NCBI GenBank assembly: GCA_050173015.1
Contig: JBFXLE010000040.1
Coordinates: 1 to 24,741, forward strand
Source of the DNA: Calditrichaceae bacterium
GTDB taxonomy: Bacteria; Calditrichota; Calditrichia; Calditrichales; JBFXGD01
DNA: 24,741 bases
Reading direction: 5' to 3'
The position numbers and the translations under genes were made by a program. This document shows, piece after piece, positions 10,388 through 20,311 of the stretch (positions within the stretch are counted from its first letter, which is position 1; each line of letters begins with the position of its first letter). Below the pieces are notes generated by a model that saw only the letters and a list, made by a program, of their open reading frames with translations, was not told the origin of the DNA and searched no databases.

Positions 10388-10594
10388 TTACTTGTTAACG
10401 CGGCCGGAATTCTTTCGTTTATCCTCATCATTCGCCAGCTTTATGGCGCAATTCATAAATAGATAATCTTTAAAATCACGGATTGGATCATAATCCGATT
10501 CCATTCTTACCATGCATCCATTGACAGCTTCTCTGCCTCGGGGACAAGGCATGTCCGGGAATAACGGACACATGCGATCTTTATTAGAAGCCAT
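10388..10594 (-). CDS. Small hypothetical protein with four Cys
   Basis: Strong RBS AAGGAG before the ATG; sits alone in an intergenic gap; Cys at residues 9, 17, 27, 49. Confidence 0.65.
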   Translation of the reverse strand: MASNKDRMCPLFPDMPCPRGREAVNGCMVRMESDYDPIRDFKDYLFMNCAIKLANDEDKRKNSGRVNK

Positions 10595-10929
10595 TACTAC
10601 TCCTTATTATTCTGTTCCGTCAAACGCTAACGATCAAAAAGCCTGAGACTTCTGCTTAAACCCGCCAACAAATCAGAAGTTCGATAACAATAGAATTTCA
10701 ACCAATTTTCGTCAGATTTAATTCCGGATTTTGATCTGATTTTCCTTTAACATACGATATTTTTCAGGAAATGTAAAAACAAATTAACCGCGAATAATTG
10801 AACATAATCCCTGCCGGAAACGAGTATTCCCCTTAACATTTATCTGTTCATTTTACGGATAATATTTTTGCCTGTTCACTTAAAACTCGATATCTTAACA
10901 CTCTACACAGAAAAAGAACGGAGCTTGCT

Positions 10930-12762
10930 TTGGGTAAGGTAAAACTGATACGAAACCAGATCAGGAGATTCGAAACCGGTATCCGGAAATTGAAGATCAG
11001 AAGCAGAAGATTTTCTTTTTATCGGCTTGGGATTGCTATCGCCGGATTGATACTCATTATCATGGCTTTGTATTTTGGTAATGAAAGATTAAGCGGGATG
11101 GCTATTTTTACTTTTCTTGTTGTCTTTAATATTGTTAGTTATTTCCACCGACGGATCGCTCAAAAAATCCGCAATCATATCTTGTACAGAAATATTAAGT
11201 CGCAGCATATAGACAGGTATCATCTAAACTGGAAGAACATTCCTCAAACAGAATTCCACGCTTCCGGTCATCACCCCTTTGCCGGCGATCTTGACATAAC
11301 AGGCGAATATTCGCTGCACCGGCTGCTTAATACATCGACTTCCCAACAAGGCGGCAGCATCCTGGCTGACTGGTTGCTCTGCGCGCATCCTGAAAGTGAA
11401 ACCATCAATCACCGGCAGAAACTGGTCGGTGAGCTCTCGGAATTGACACGATTCAGGGATAAACTGAAACTAACTTCATACCGGATAAACGAACAGCAGT
11501 TTGACGGCGAAAAATTGACTTTGTGGCTAAAACAATCAGCATTAAGAAGTTTGCCCCGTTGGATACTGCCTCTGCTTTCCGCGCTGGCTGCGGCGGATAT
11601 TATTCTTTTTAGCTTATACTATCTGCAACTTATACCCGCAGTGTGGATTTTCCCGCTCATACTGTATATCATTTTATTTTTATCAAACCGCGATCATCTT
11701 AAAGATTTGTTTGAAGACGCGCTTAATCTCAGTGACGAATTAAAAAAGTTTTCTGAAATTCTGATATTTATTGAGAAAAATTCCTTCGCCGGGCAGATGA
11801 GCTTAAAACAATTTATCAAACGTTTTTACAACTCGGGCGCCAATCCGTCGGCAACGGTCAAAAAAATGAATTACATCATCATCGCCATCGGCCTGCGCAT
11901 GAATCCGGTCATGCAAGTGCTGCTAAATCTAATTGGACCCTGGGACTATTATATTTCCAACATCCTGCGTAAATACAAAAAATCACTTTCAGAAATTCTA
12001 CCCGAATGGCTAAACACCTGGTATGAACTGGAAGCGCTCTCATCCATTGCCACATTCGCCGACCTTCACCGGGACTACACATTTCCTGAGTTAATTTCAG
12101 GAGAAAAGGCCTCCGACGAGAGAGTATTTGAAGCGACCGAACTCGGTCATCCGCTCATCCCTTTTGGAAACAGAATAACAAATGATTTTTGTTTCGAAAA
12201 TCTCTCTGAAATAGTTTTACTAACCGGCTCAAACATGTCGGGCAAAAGCACTTTTTTACGAACGGTTGGAATCAATTTGTGTCTGGCATTCGCCGGGGCT
12301 CCGGTCGCCGCATCCCGGTTTCGCGCGCGATTATTCCGCTTATATACATGCATTCGTATAAGTGATTCATTAAATGACGGAATTTCTTATTTTTATTCGG
12401 AAGTGAAGCGCCTGAAGAATCTGCTCGCGGAGTCTGAAAAACCTGATGACCTTCCGCTTCTGTTTTTAATCGATGAAATATTTAAAGGCACAAATAACAG
12501 GGAACGTCTTATCGGAAGCCGTTCTTATATCCGGGCATTGGCGGAACTAAACAATCCTGGCATAATCTCCACTCATGATCTGGAACTGGTTGAGCTCTCC
12601 GATGAAATCTCCATTTTGAAAAATTTTCATTTTCAGGAACACATCGAAGAAGGCAGAATGATTTTTGACTATAAAATCCGCACCGGTCCCTGCCCAACAA
12701 CGAACGCGCTAAAAATCATGGAAATGGAGGGCTTGCCGGTTAACGGAAAAAACAAACCCTGA
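10930..12762 (+). CDS. Membrane-anchored MutS-related ATPase (domain V only, no mismatch-binding domain)
   Basis: Hydrophobic TM pairs near the N-terminus and middle; Walker A LTGSNMSGKSTFLR, SYFYSEV, LIDEIFKGTN, STHD; TTG start. Confidence 0.88.
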   Translation: MGKVKLIRNQIRRFETGIRKLKIRSRRFSFYRLGIAIAGLILIIMALYFGNERLSGMAIFTFLVVFNIVSYFHRRIAQKIRNHILYRNIKSQHIDRYHLNWKNIPQTEFHASGHHPFAGDLDITGEYSLHRLLNTSTSQQGGSILADWLLCAHPESETINHRQKLVGELSELTRFRDKLKLTSYRINEQQFDGEKLTLWLKQSALRSLPRWILPLLSALAAADIILFSLYYLQLIPAVWIFPLILYIILFLSNRDHLKDLFEDALNLSDELKKFSEILIFIEKNSFAGQMSLKQFIKRFYNSGANPSATVKKMNYIIIAIGLRMNPVMQVLLNLIGPWDYYISNILRKYKKSLSEILPEWLNTWYELEALSSIATFADLHRDYTFPELISGEKASDERVFEATELGHPLIPFGNRITNDFCFENLSEIVLLTGSNMSGKSTFLRTVGINLCLAFAGAPVAASRFRARLFRLYTCIRISDSLNDGISYFYSEVKRLKNLLAESEKPDDLPLLFLIDEIFKGTNNRERLIGSRSYIRALAELNNPGIISTHDLELVELSDEISILKNFHFQEHIEEGRMIFDYKIRTGPCPTTNALKIMEMEGLPVNGKNKP

Positions 12763-12778
12763 GCAGTTCAAACATCTT

Positions 12779-13567
12779 CTATAAAGTCCCGGGATACATC
12801 CCGCCGTCACAGGCGATGGTTGTGCCTGACAAATATCCGGATTTCCCTGAAGCGAGGAACGTGATCAGAGCGGCGAGATCATCCGGCTCTCCAATCCTGC
12901 CCATTGGAACCGTCTTTATCCAGCCATCCAAAATGTCATCACGGGTCTCACCCTGTTCCATCCGTTTTTTTATGATACGTTCCAGACCGTCGGTAAGGTG
13001 ATATCCCGGAGCCACATTATGAACGGTAATCCCATACGCGCCTAATTCCTGCGAGAGCGACTTCGCCAGACCAATCACCGCCATCCGCAGCGCGTTTGAA
13101 TATATAAGATTTTTTACCGGCGCTTTTACGGAAATCGAAGTAATATTTATTATCCTTCCAAAACCATTCTTCTTCATATGAGGAAGAACCGCGCGGACTG
13201 CGCGAACCACGCTCATAAAAGTGACATCATACCAAAAATGCCATTCAGCGTCCACCGTCTCTTCAAATGATTTTACCGGCGGCCCGCCGGCATTGTTTAC
13301 CAGAATCTCAATTTTTCCCCACTTCCCCGCCACATGTTCTATGAAAGATAGAATTTGTTTTTCTTCCGCCACATCGACAACCCGGTAAATAACTTGGGTG
13401 CCTGTGGATTTCCCTATTTCTTCCGCTGTTTCTTTGATATTCTTCTCATCCCGAGAGCAAATTGCCACTCTGCAGCCTTCCGCCGCCAAAGCCAGGGCGG
13501 TTGCCTTACCAAATCCCTTGCTGGCGGCAAATACAACCGCGCTTCTTCCTTTTATGCCTAAATCCAT
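12779..13567 (-). CDS. Short-chain dehydrogenase/reductase (SDR)
   Basis: MDLGIKGR..AASKGFG, LVNNAGGPP, YSNALR, VHNVAPG; ATG 13567 has RBS AAGGAG (track starts at 13600). Confidence 0.9.
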   Translation of the reverse strand: MDLGIKGRSAVVFAASKGFGKATALALAAEGCRVAICSRDEKNIKETAEEIGKSTGTQVIYRVVDVAEEKQILSFIEHVAGKWGKIEILVNNAGGPPVKSFEETVDAEWHFWYDVTFMSVVRAVRAVLPHMKKNGFGRIINITSISVKAPVKNLIYSNALRMAVIGLAKSLSQELGAYGITVHNVAPGYHLTDGLERIIKKRMEQGETRDDILDGWIKTVPMGRIGEPDDLAALITFLASGKSGYLSGTTIACDGGMYPGTL

Positions 13568-13754
13568 ACGCCTGCTCCTTTTAAAAATAAAGATTTCCAA
13601 AAAATAACACAGTTTAGTTACTCTTTCAATTATTGAAAGATGAAATTAAATTGACGCGTCCCTGATCGCATCAGAAAAAGGATTGCATCTTTTTATAACT
13701 TTGTTAACTTTAATTAGTTTTTTTGAATTCAAAATTCTGTCACAGGGAGCATTA

Positions 13755-15119
13755 ATGAAAGATTTTATTCGGATTGCAAGCGGACAAGGTTACTGGGGTG
13801 ATCGTTTTGACGCGCCGATCGATCAGGTGAGAGAAGGTGATATAGATTATCTTGTTATGGACTATCTGGCCGAAGTCACTATGTCGATTATGCAAAAACA
13901 GAAATCAAGAGATCCTAATCTTGGTTACGCGAAGGATTTTATCCCGCTTATGGAACAGCTGCTCCCGCTTCTGGTGGAGAAAAATGTGAAGCTGATTACC
14001 AACGGCGGAGGCGTGAATCCCGTCGGGTGTATGATCGCCATAAAGGATATCGCGCAACGCATGGGCTATACCGGTCTTAAAATTGCCGCTGTTTACGGCG
14101 ATGACATCCTGAATCAGTTAGACGGTCTGATCGCCTCCGGAAATGCCATGAAAAACATGGAGACCGGCGAACCGTTATCAAAAGTAAGAGACCGTGTTTC
14201 AAGCGCGAATGTATATCTCGGCGCCGAACCGGTGGTAAAAGCCCTAAAAGAAGGCGCGCAGATTATTGTCACCGGACGGGTGACCGATACCGGCATCAGT
14301 CTCGCGCCAATGATTTATGAATTTGGCTGGAAAGCGGATGAATGGGATAAACTGGCCGCCGGGGTTGTGGGTGGCCACATTAACGAATGCGGGGCGCAGG
14401 CCAGCGGCGGAAACTTTCTGGCCGGATGGAAAGACGTGCCGAATATGGAACGGATCGGCTTTCCTATCGTCGAAGCGTATCCCGACGGCCATCTTGTCAT
14501 CACAAAACACGAATCGCTGGGCGGAATGGTCAGCGAACAAACAATAAAAGAACAACTTGTTTACGAACTCGGCGATCCAAAGGAATATATCACACCCGAT
14601 GTCGTCGCTGATTTCACATCTATTCGTCTGAAACAGGAAGGTAAAGACCGTGTGCGCGTCTATGACATCAAAGGGTATCCGGACACCGAGTTTTATAAAG
14701 TTTCCATATCATATTTTGACGGTTATACCTGTATCGGACGTTTAACGTACGCCTGGCCCGAAGCTCTTGAAAAAGCAAAGAAAGCGGATGATATTGTGCG
14801 CAAACGTCTTGAGCATCTTGGACTGAAATTTGACGAAATCCACACAGAATTTTTGGGTTATAATTCCTGCCACGGCTCCACCGCGCCGGAGATCGAAGAT
14901 CCGAATGAAGTTATTTTTCAATTTGGGGTCAGCGGCCACAGTTTTAAGGACATGAACGCTTTTTCCCGTGAAGTGATACCGCTGGTTTTGACCGGCCCGC
15001 CAACCGTCACCGGCTTTGGAGACGGACGACCGAGAGTCCGGGAAGTAATCGCCTTCTGGCCGGCTTTATTAGTCAAGGAAATGGTTAAACCAAAAGTATT
15101 GACGATGGAAGTCTCGTAG
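13755..15119 (+). CDS. AtuA/DUF1446 family protein (acyclic terpene utilisation family, N-terminal part)
   Basis: IRIASGQGYWGD, DYLAEVTM, LGYAKDF, ITNGGGVNP, TGRVTD, GHINECGAQASGGN; ATG 13755 has RBS GGGAG. Confidence 0.9.
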   Translation: MKDFIRIASGQGYWGDRFDAPIDQVREGDIDYLVMDYLAEVTMSIMQKQKSRDPNLGYAKDFIPLMEQLLPLLVEKNVKLITNGGGVNPVGCMIAIKDIAQRMGYTGLKIAAVYGDDILNQLDGLIASGNAMKNMETGEPLSKVRDRVSSANVYLGAEPVVKALKEGAQIIVTGRVTDTGISLAPMIYEFGWKADEWDKLAAGVVGGHINECGAQASGGNFLAGWKDVPNMERIGFPIVEAYPDGHLVITKHESLGGMVSEQTIKEQLVYELGDPKEYITPDVVADFTSIRLKQEGKDRVRVYDIKGYPDTEFYKVSISYFDGYTCIGRLTYAWPEALEKAKKADDIVRKRLEHLGLKFDEIHTEFLGYNSCHGSTAPEIEDPNEVIFQFGVSGHSFKDMNAFSREVIPLVLTGPPTVTGFGDGRPRVREVIAFWPALLVKEMVKPKVLTMEVS

Positions 15120-15230
15120 TTAAAAAAACAAATAAAAGAAAAAGGAAAATAGAATCGGTTGAGCGGAGTACGATCTGCTATTCCGAACATCAGGAATTTA
15201 TTTTTTTAAAACCCGGGAATAAATAACACC

Positions 15231-15563
15231 ATGAAGAAAATTCAATTAGTAAAACTGGCTCATGCCCGTTCAGGCGACAAGGGTGATACGGCGAATGTTG
15301 GTATTATCGCCCTTAAACCGGAATATTATGAAATTTTAAAATCTCAGCTTACGGTAAAAAGAGTAAAAGAGCATTATGGAGATATGGTGAAAGGTGAAGT
15401 GAAACGATTCGAAATGGAGAATATCGGCGCGCTCAATTTTCTTCTTCACAATGCTTTGGGCGGTGGCGGAACTCTGACGTTAAAACATGACGCTCAGGGT
15501 AAAACCTTCAGCACTTCCTTTCTAAGGATGGAGATTGAAGTGGATGACTCCTTTGAGTTGTGA
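15231..15563 (+). CDS. AtuA-related C-terminal domain protein
   Basis: LAHARSGDKGDTANVG...ALNFLLHNALGGGG...DAQGK. Confidence 0.88.
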   Translation: MKKIQLVKLAHARSGDKGDTANVGIIALKPEYYEILKSQLTVKRVKEHYGDMVKGEVKRFEMENIGALNFLLHNALGGGGTLTLKHDAQGKTFSTSFLRMEIEVDDSFEL

Positions 15564-15628
15564 TCCTGACTTGTTTGTGAAAAATATTAACCGGTAGATT
15601 GAGTTTGTAATTAAACAAAAGGTAAACT

Positions 15629-16396
15629 ATGCGTCTTATATCCTGGAATGTAAACGGTGTTCGGGCAGCTCACCGCAATGGTTTTATGGACTGGTTTACA
15701 AACGATGCGGCGGATATTGTATGCCTGCAGGAAGTTAAAGCGACCAGTGAACAGGTTGAAAATTTATTTTCTGACATAAATGATTATAAAATTGAGTGGA
15801 ATTCCGCCAGGACCAAAGCCGGATACAGCGGTGTGGCCACCTTTTCCAGAGTCCCGTACACAAAATCCGAACATGGCTTTGGAATAGATGAATTCGACAA
15901 TGAAGGCAGAATCATTCTCCAGGAGTTTGAAAAATTTTACCTGTATAATATTTATTTCCCGAACGGGCAGAGGGATCAGGAAAGGCTTGATTATAAGATG
16001 CGTTTCTATGATTCATTCCTGGATCACGCCGAAAATCTAAGGAAAACCGGCAAAGCGATCATTTCATGCGGTGATTTTAATACCGCCCACAAGGAAATTG
16101 ATCTGGCGAATCCGAAAGCCAATGAAAAAACATCCGGTTTTTTGCCCATCGAACGGGCCTGGCTCGATAAATTTGTCGATCATGGCTATGTGGACACTTT
16201 CCGCGTAAAAAACGAGGAACCGGAAAACTATTCGTGGTGGACCTACCGGTTTGGCGCCCGGCAGAGAAACATTGGCTGGCGCATCGATTATTTTTTTATT
16301 GACCGGGAACACGCCCACCTCGTCAAAGACGCGTTTATTTTGAACGAGGTCATGGGATCGGATCATTGTCCTGTGGGAATCGAAATCGATTTTTAG
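15629..16396 (+). CDS. xth: Exodeoxyribonuclease III (AP endonuclease)
   Basis: SWNVNGVRA, CLQEVK, GYSGVA, YFPNG, GDFNTAH, WRIDYF, GSDHCP. Confidence 0.95.
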   Translation: MRLISWNVNGVRAAHRNGFMDWFTNDAADIVCLQEVKATSEQVENLFSDINDYKIEWNSARTKAGYSGVATFSRVPYTKSEHGFGIDEFDNEGRIILQEFEKFYLYNIYFPNGQRDQERLDYKMRFYDSFLDHAENLRKTGKAIISCGDFNTAHKEIDLANPKANEKTSGFLPIERAWLDKFVDHGYVDTFRVKNEEPENYSWWTYRFGARQRNIGWRIDYFFIDREHAHLVKDAFILNEVMGSDHCPVGIEIDF

Positions 16397-16408
16397 GAGA
16401 TGCCGTAT

Positions 16409-16534
16409 TTAATCAACACGTTCGTCATTCAAAAAAACAGATGACATCTTACCATCCGGCCTGATGAACATAATGTCAGTCCCGCTGCTACAGACCAGAG
16501 TTCGCCTTTTAGACAATTGGCTTCGAATTTTCAT
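16409..16534 (-). pseudogene. Possible relic of a radical SAM SPASM/twitch domain
   Basis: Manual translation MKIRSQLSKRRTLVCSSGTDIMFIRPDGKMSSVFLNDERVD*; C-x2-G...I-x-P-D-G resembles the SPASM motif, and a TGT codon lies one base out of frame where the next Cys is expected. Confidence 0.35.
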
Positions 16535-16678
16535 TTCAATGCGATTTGGATAAGCAACAAATCAGATCCCGTTTCGGTCTGTCTTTTGTGGCACATGAAA
16601 TTACTTTTAACGGCAATGTATTGGCATGAATAAATAATTTTGAATAGTTTGGATTATTCTCATCATCCGGAAACAAAA

Positions 16679-18979
16679 CTATAAGTCCATCTTCAGCCGG
16701 AAGTATATCTTATTGTCAGCAAGGTTATTTGTAACAATATATAAATTAAGAACTGATATGGATTTAATAGCGATACCATATTCCCATAATTCTTCATCCA
16801 ATGCTTCGAAATATATTGTATCAAATGATGGGATATTATAGGGCTTCAGATACGAAGCAAAACCTCCGACAGACATTCTGAGCGTATAAATCTTGGGAAG
16901 ATTAAAGAGTGTCAAGTCACACGTTAGATGCAGATAATCCCTTACATAGAAATCATAATTATCGAGAGTAAAGTATTCTAATGAACTTTCCTTTTCAAAT
17001 ATGGTCTTTTTTTGGTTGATAAAGTTCATTTCATTTATATAATCCGATTTATCCTGTTTATGCCAATTCAATTTGAAGTCGACCGACATGGGATATATAA
17101 CAGGATGGAAATGGCGGAGATCGATATTCACAATTGCCCTGTCTTCTGTTGCCTCTAAAACTTGTTCATCCTGGCGGTAATAACTGACAGAGCAATTCGT
17201 AAATGCTTCGCCATGATAGAGAACTGGATGATTATTTATGTAATCATGATTCTCAATATAATTTATTGTTATTCCGGCTTTATTATTGTGATATTTCTGA
17301 ATTAGAAAGTTTGGTAGATAGGATTCACTACTGTTGGATATACTGAAATCAGTCCGATTTTTTACAGGTCTTTGATATTCAAACACAACACCGGTATTGA
17401 CGCTGAAGTGTGAGAAAAGATCATGTGTGTAATAAATCGAATTCTCGACGGAATGATAATAATGCATGTCATCTTCGTGTGAAAAAAGGGCTGAGATCGA
17501 TTGTCCGGTTCTGTTATAATCAAAACCACCAAGATTACAAATACGGTCTTTAAGCTGTAATGTTAACCCCTTATACCTGCTTCTGATGTCATAAGATATT
17601 GTCTCTCTCTCAAAGGAATAACCGCCTTGCGCGAAAATGTTAAAAAGGTCATTGTTTAATACCTGATATTCCAATCCCAGAAAATGTCCATCAACTTTAT
17701 TAAAATGATACCAGTTAGAGAATTTGTTTATTTTTAGATTGCCAATAGAACCCGGCTGGTCATAAGTCAGCGGCAATAAATCAGTAAATAAAAACAACAA
17801 TGCGCGACGATAAAAAGGAGCATTAATAAAAACCCGGTCAATCGTTTTTTTGTGTTCTCGCTCAACATCCGACAAGGGGATTCTAAATACTTCATCTCTT
17901 TTTAAATCGATATCATAATTTAGGTTAGGTTCAATCGTCACTAATTGGTCCAGATTTATAAAAGGCTTATTCTGCGTGTCATTAATGGAATGATCGATAA
18001 AACTATTTTCCTGCGTATAATTATAAAGAATTCCCATAAAATTCATTTGTAATTTGAGTTTCGCAAATACCGGCAGGGTAAAAATCGAGTCCGTTCTGTA
18101 TTTCAAAAACAGAGATAGAGAATCTGCTGTTCCATCCTTGACAGAATTATTGCCAAACAGTTTTGCTTCCAGTAATTGGTGTGTTTGTTTTTTAAAGAAT
18201 AATTCGCCCGAAAGCAGGATCATTTTTGAGTTTTTAGGCGCGACTTTTATACAAATGACTGTATCTGTGCCTGAAAAGAATTGTCCTGATAATTTATACT
18301 CGTAATAATCCAGTGCGTTGTCATTTAGCGGACTTATAATTGAAAACCGATGCGCTTTAATCCGCTCATTATAGACATCAGTATTTTGATTAATGGCTAA
18401 CGCCTGATAGGGTACATTTTTCATGTGTGGAGGCATTTGTAAATTCAACACTGTTTCCTTATATGTATCCGGAGCTTGATAATATATGTTAGAAATAGCT
18501 TCAACCATTGCAAATAGTTTATTAGAATCTGCGGAGCTAAATGATGTTTTTGAATAGGCGAGAGCTTTGTAATATTCCAATCTATCCTTAAAATGGTTCT
18601 TTCCTGCAATCGCTTCCAGGATAAATCGTTCCACCCAATTGTATGCGTAAACCTGAATTGTTTCGCCTTCGACAGGTTTTGGAATTAACTCCACAAGAAC
18701 TGGATTTTTGACAAGATCGGCTTTAATGGTTTTTGTTTCATAACCTATATATGAAAATTCCAATATTTGTTCGTGTGATTCTAAATGGATTTCGAATTCA
18801 CCATCTGTATTTGAGATGGAACCCTTAAAAGTATTAAATATTTGGATATTGGCGTGAGGCAGGGGTTGTTTTGATTGTTGATCTATTATAATACCATTTA
18901 AAATTATTTTATCTTGTGCCTGTATCAATGAAGAGCAAAAAATAATAACAAACAGAATAACGCCAATACGAGGTATCAT
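16679..18979 (-). CDS. Outer-membrane protein with CarboxypepD_reg-like domain and DUF5686-like C-terminal region
   Basis: Signal peptide; GIIIDQQSKQPLPHANI...GSISNTDGEFEI...FSYIGYET; HFNKVDGHFLG and alternating aromatic beta-strand-like C-terminus; RBS GGAGG. Confidence 0.75.
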   Translation of the reverse strand: MIPRIGVILFVIIFCSSLIQAQDKIILNGIIIDQQSKQPLPHANIQIFNTFKGSISNTDGEFEIHLESHEQILEFSYIGYETKTIKADLVKNPVLVELIPKPVEGETIQVYAYNWVERFILEAIAGKNHFKDRLEYYKALAYSKTSFSSADSNKLFAMVEAISNIYYQAPDTYKETVLNLQMPPHMKNVPYQALAINQNTDVYNERIKAHRFSIISPLNDNALDYYEYKLSGQFFSGTDTVICIKVAPKNSKMILLSGELFFKKQTHQLLEAKLFGNNSVKDGTADSLSLFLKYRTDSIFTLPVFAKLKLQMNFMGILYNYTQENSFIDHSINDTQNKPFINLDQLVTIEPNLNYDIDLKRDEVFRIPLSDVEREHKKTIDRVFINAPFYRRALLFLFTDLLPLTYDQPGSIGNLKINKFSNWYHFNKVDGHFLGLEYQVLNNDLFNIFAQGGYSFERETISYDIRSRYKGLTLQLKDRICNLGGFDYNRTGQSISALFSHEDDMHYYHSVENSIYYTHDLFSHFSVNTGVVFEYQRPVKNRTDFSISNSSESYLPNFLIQKYHNNKAGITINYIENHDYINNHPVLYHGEAFTNCSVSYYRQDEQVLEATEDRAIVNIDLRHFHPVIYPMSVDFKLNWHKQDKSDYINEMNFINQKKTIFEKESSLEYFTLDNYDFYVRDYLHLTCDLTLFNLPKIYTLRMSVGGFASYLKPYNIPSFDTIYFEALDEELWEYGIAIKSISVLNLYIVTNNLADNKIYFRLKMDL

Positions 18980-18994
18980 TACCTTCCTCCATGA

Positions 18995-20083
18995 TCAATT
19001 ATTATTGTAAAATAAAAAAGTTATATCAAAGAAATAGCAGAGTATGTAGAACAAAAAACCAGTTATAAAAATAAAGGTCACTAAGCTTGAAAACACTCCA
19101 AAAAATAAATACAAGAATTTCTTTTTTCTTGTAATATTAACATCATTTCTTAAAAAAATATCAAATAAACATTTGAAAGAATTTTTTTGTAAATTAGGAA
19201 TTTCAATTAAATCCGTTAATATATAATAACCATCTAATTTTAAGAAGGGATTTATATTTAAAATAGTCTTTATACAGCTATAAAACAAAACAAGCAGAAT
19301 CATATTATAATACTTTAAATCCGTAATTAAAAATGAATTTATTAGATATACCAAAGAAATAAAACTTAGATCAGACATTGGACCCGCTAAAGATACAAGG
19401 ATTCTTTTGAATTTATTTGTTTCATGCCAAATATTTGTTGTATCAGTGAAAAACACCGGATGTAATAAATATAACCCTACTCCTATTCCTCTGACCTTCT
19501 GACCAAAATATCGGCAAGTAATTGCATGAGCTGATTCATGGAAAAAAGTTTTAAAAAAAACAAAGACAATAAAAAATGGATAAAACAAGGGTAGTGATTT
19601 TTGAAAAATATCGGCATCGACAACCGATGGAGAGATTTTTAAACCCCATATGACGAAATGAAAAAGCGAAAAGTTGATTATGATAAAGGAAGTAATGGTA
19701 ATAATTTTAACAAGCTTGCCACCGCAAATTTGCGCAAAGGTTTTATAATATTTATCAGAACTAAATGACCATATTTCTATATAACTTACTCTTTTCCATA
19801 TTGACTTCTTTTGGGCATACGCAACATTTGCAATTAAATTGCATTCAATTATCCTATTCACAAATAGAACTAAATTTTCATACTCGAATTTTATGTATTC
19901 TTGTTTTATTTTAACAAATATATCGTTTAAAGAAAGCGTACCATCCATCAAATCAAGAATGTATTTCCCAAATGCTGATATTTTTATTGTAATATTTTCA
20001 TTGTGGCTTACAATATAGGATTTAGCATCCATTTTTGTAATAACAAGGTTTTTTTCTAAAATTGGAATAAAATCCCTATCCAT
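18995..20083 (-). CDS. M50 family intramembrane metalloprotease with N-terminal RRE/PqqD-like domain
   Basis: HESAH (HExxH), AGPMSD, NINPFLKLDGYY; several TM helices; N-terminal ISAFGKYILDLMDGTLSLNDI; ATG 20083 preferred over TTG 20101. Confidence 0.85.
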   Translation of the reverse strand: MDRDFIPILEKNLVITKMDAKSYIVSHNENITIKISAFGKYILDLMDGTLSLNDIFVKIKQEYIKFEYENLVLFVNRIIECNLIANVAYAQKKSIWKRVSYIEIWSFSSDKYYKTFAQICGGKLVKIITITSFIIINFSLFHFVIWGLKISPSVVDADIFQKSLPLFYPFFIVFVFFKTFFHESAHAITCRYFGQKVRGIGVGLYLLHPVFFTDTTNIWHETNKFKRILVSLAGPMSDLSFISLVYLINSFLITDLKYYNMILLVLFYSCIKTILNINPFLKLDGYYILTDLIEIPNLQKNSFKCLFDIFLRNDVNITRKKKFLYLFFGVFSSLVTFIFITGFLFYILCYFFDITFLFYNNN

Positions 20084-20133
20084 AAACTGTATTCCCGACA
20101 AATAAATACGCCACTTATTACTAGAGAAAAGCT

Positions 20134-20311
20134 TTATCTAACGCATCCAGTTGTGCCTAGAGGCCTAACGCAACCAACAAAAGCATCCATATGTACCAAA
20201 ACAAATTGCAGCAGAATTACTTCTAATTATCTAGTCTTTCTGCTTAAAATAATTCAATTTTCATGTAAAACCCTTCTACTTCTTACTACTTTTTTAATTA
20301 GGATCCATCAT
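20134..20311 (-). pseudogene. Degenerate second RiPP precursor copy
   Basis: GFYMKIELF*AERLDN aligns with the precursor leader GFDLNIESLEVETLED; then CFGTYGC (20183-20203) and GCVRPLGTTGCVR* in shifted frames. Confidence 0.65.

Noticed and set aside
10648-10739. Short inverted repeats ACTTCTG/CAGAAGT and TCAGAT/ATCTGA in the divergent promoter region
   Set aside because: Only 6-7 bp with long spacers; not distinguishable from chance
13755-15563. Split AtuA as a pseudogene or proof of terpene catabolism
   Set aside because: Both ORFs are intact and the two-gene form is common; no other atu genes are recognisable in the window
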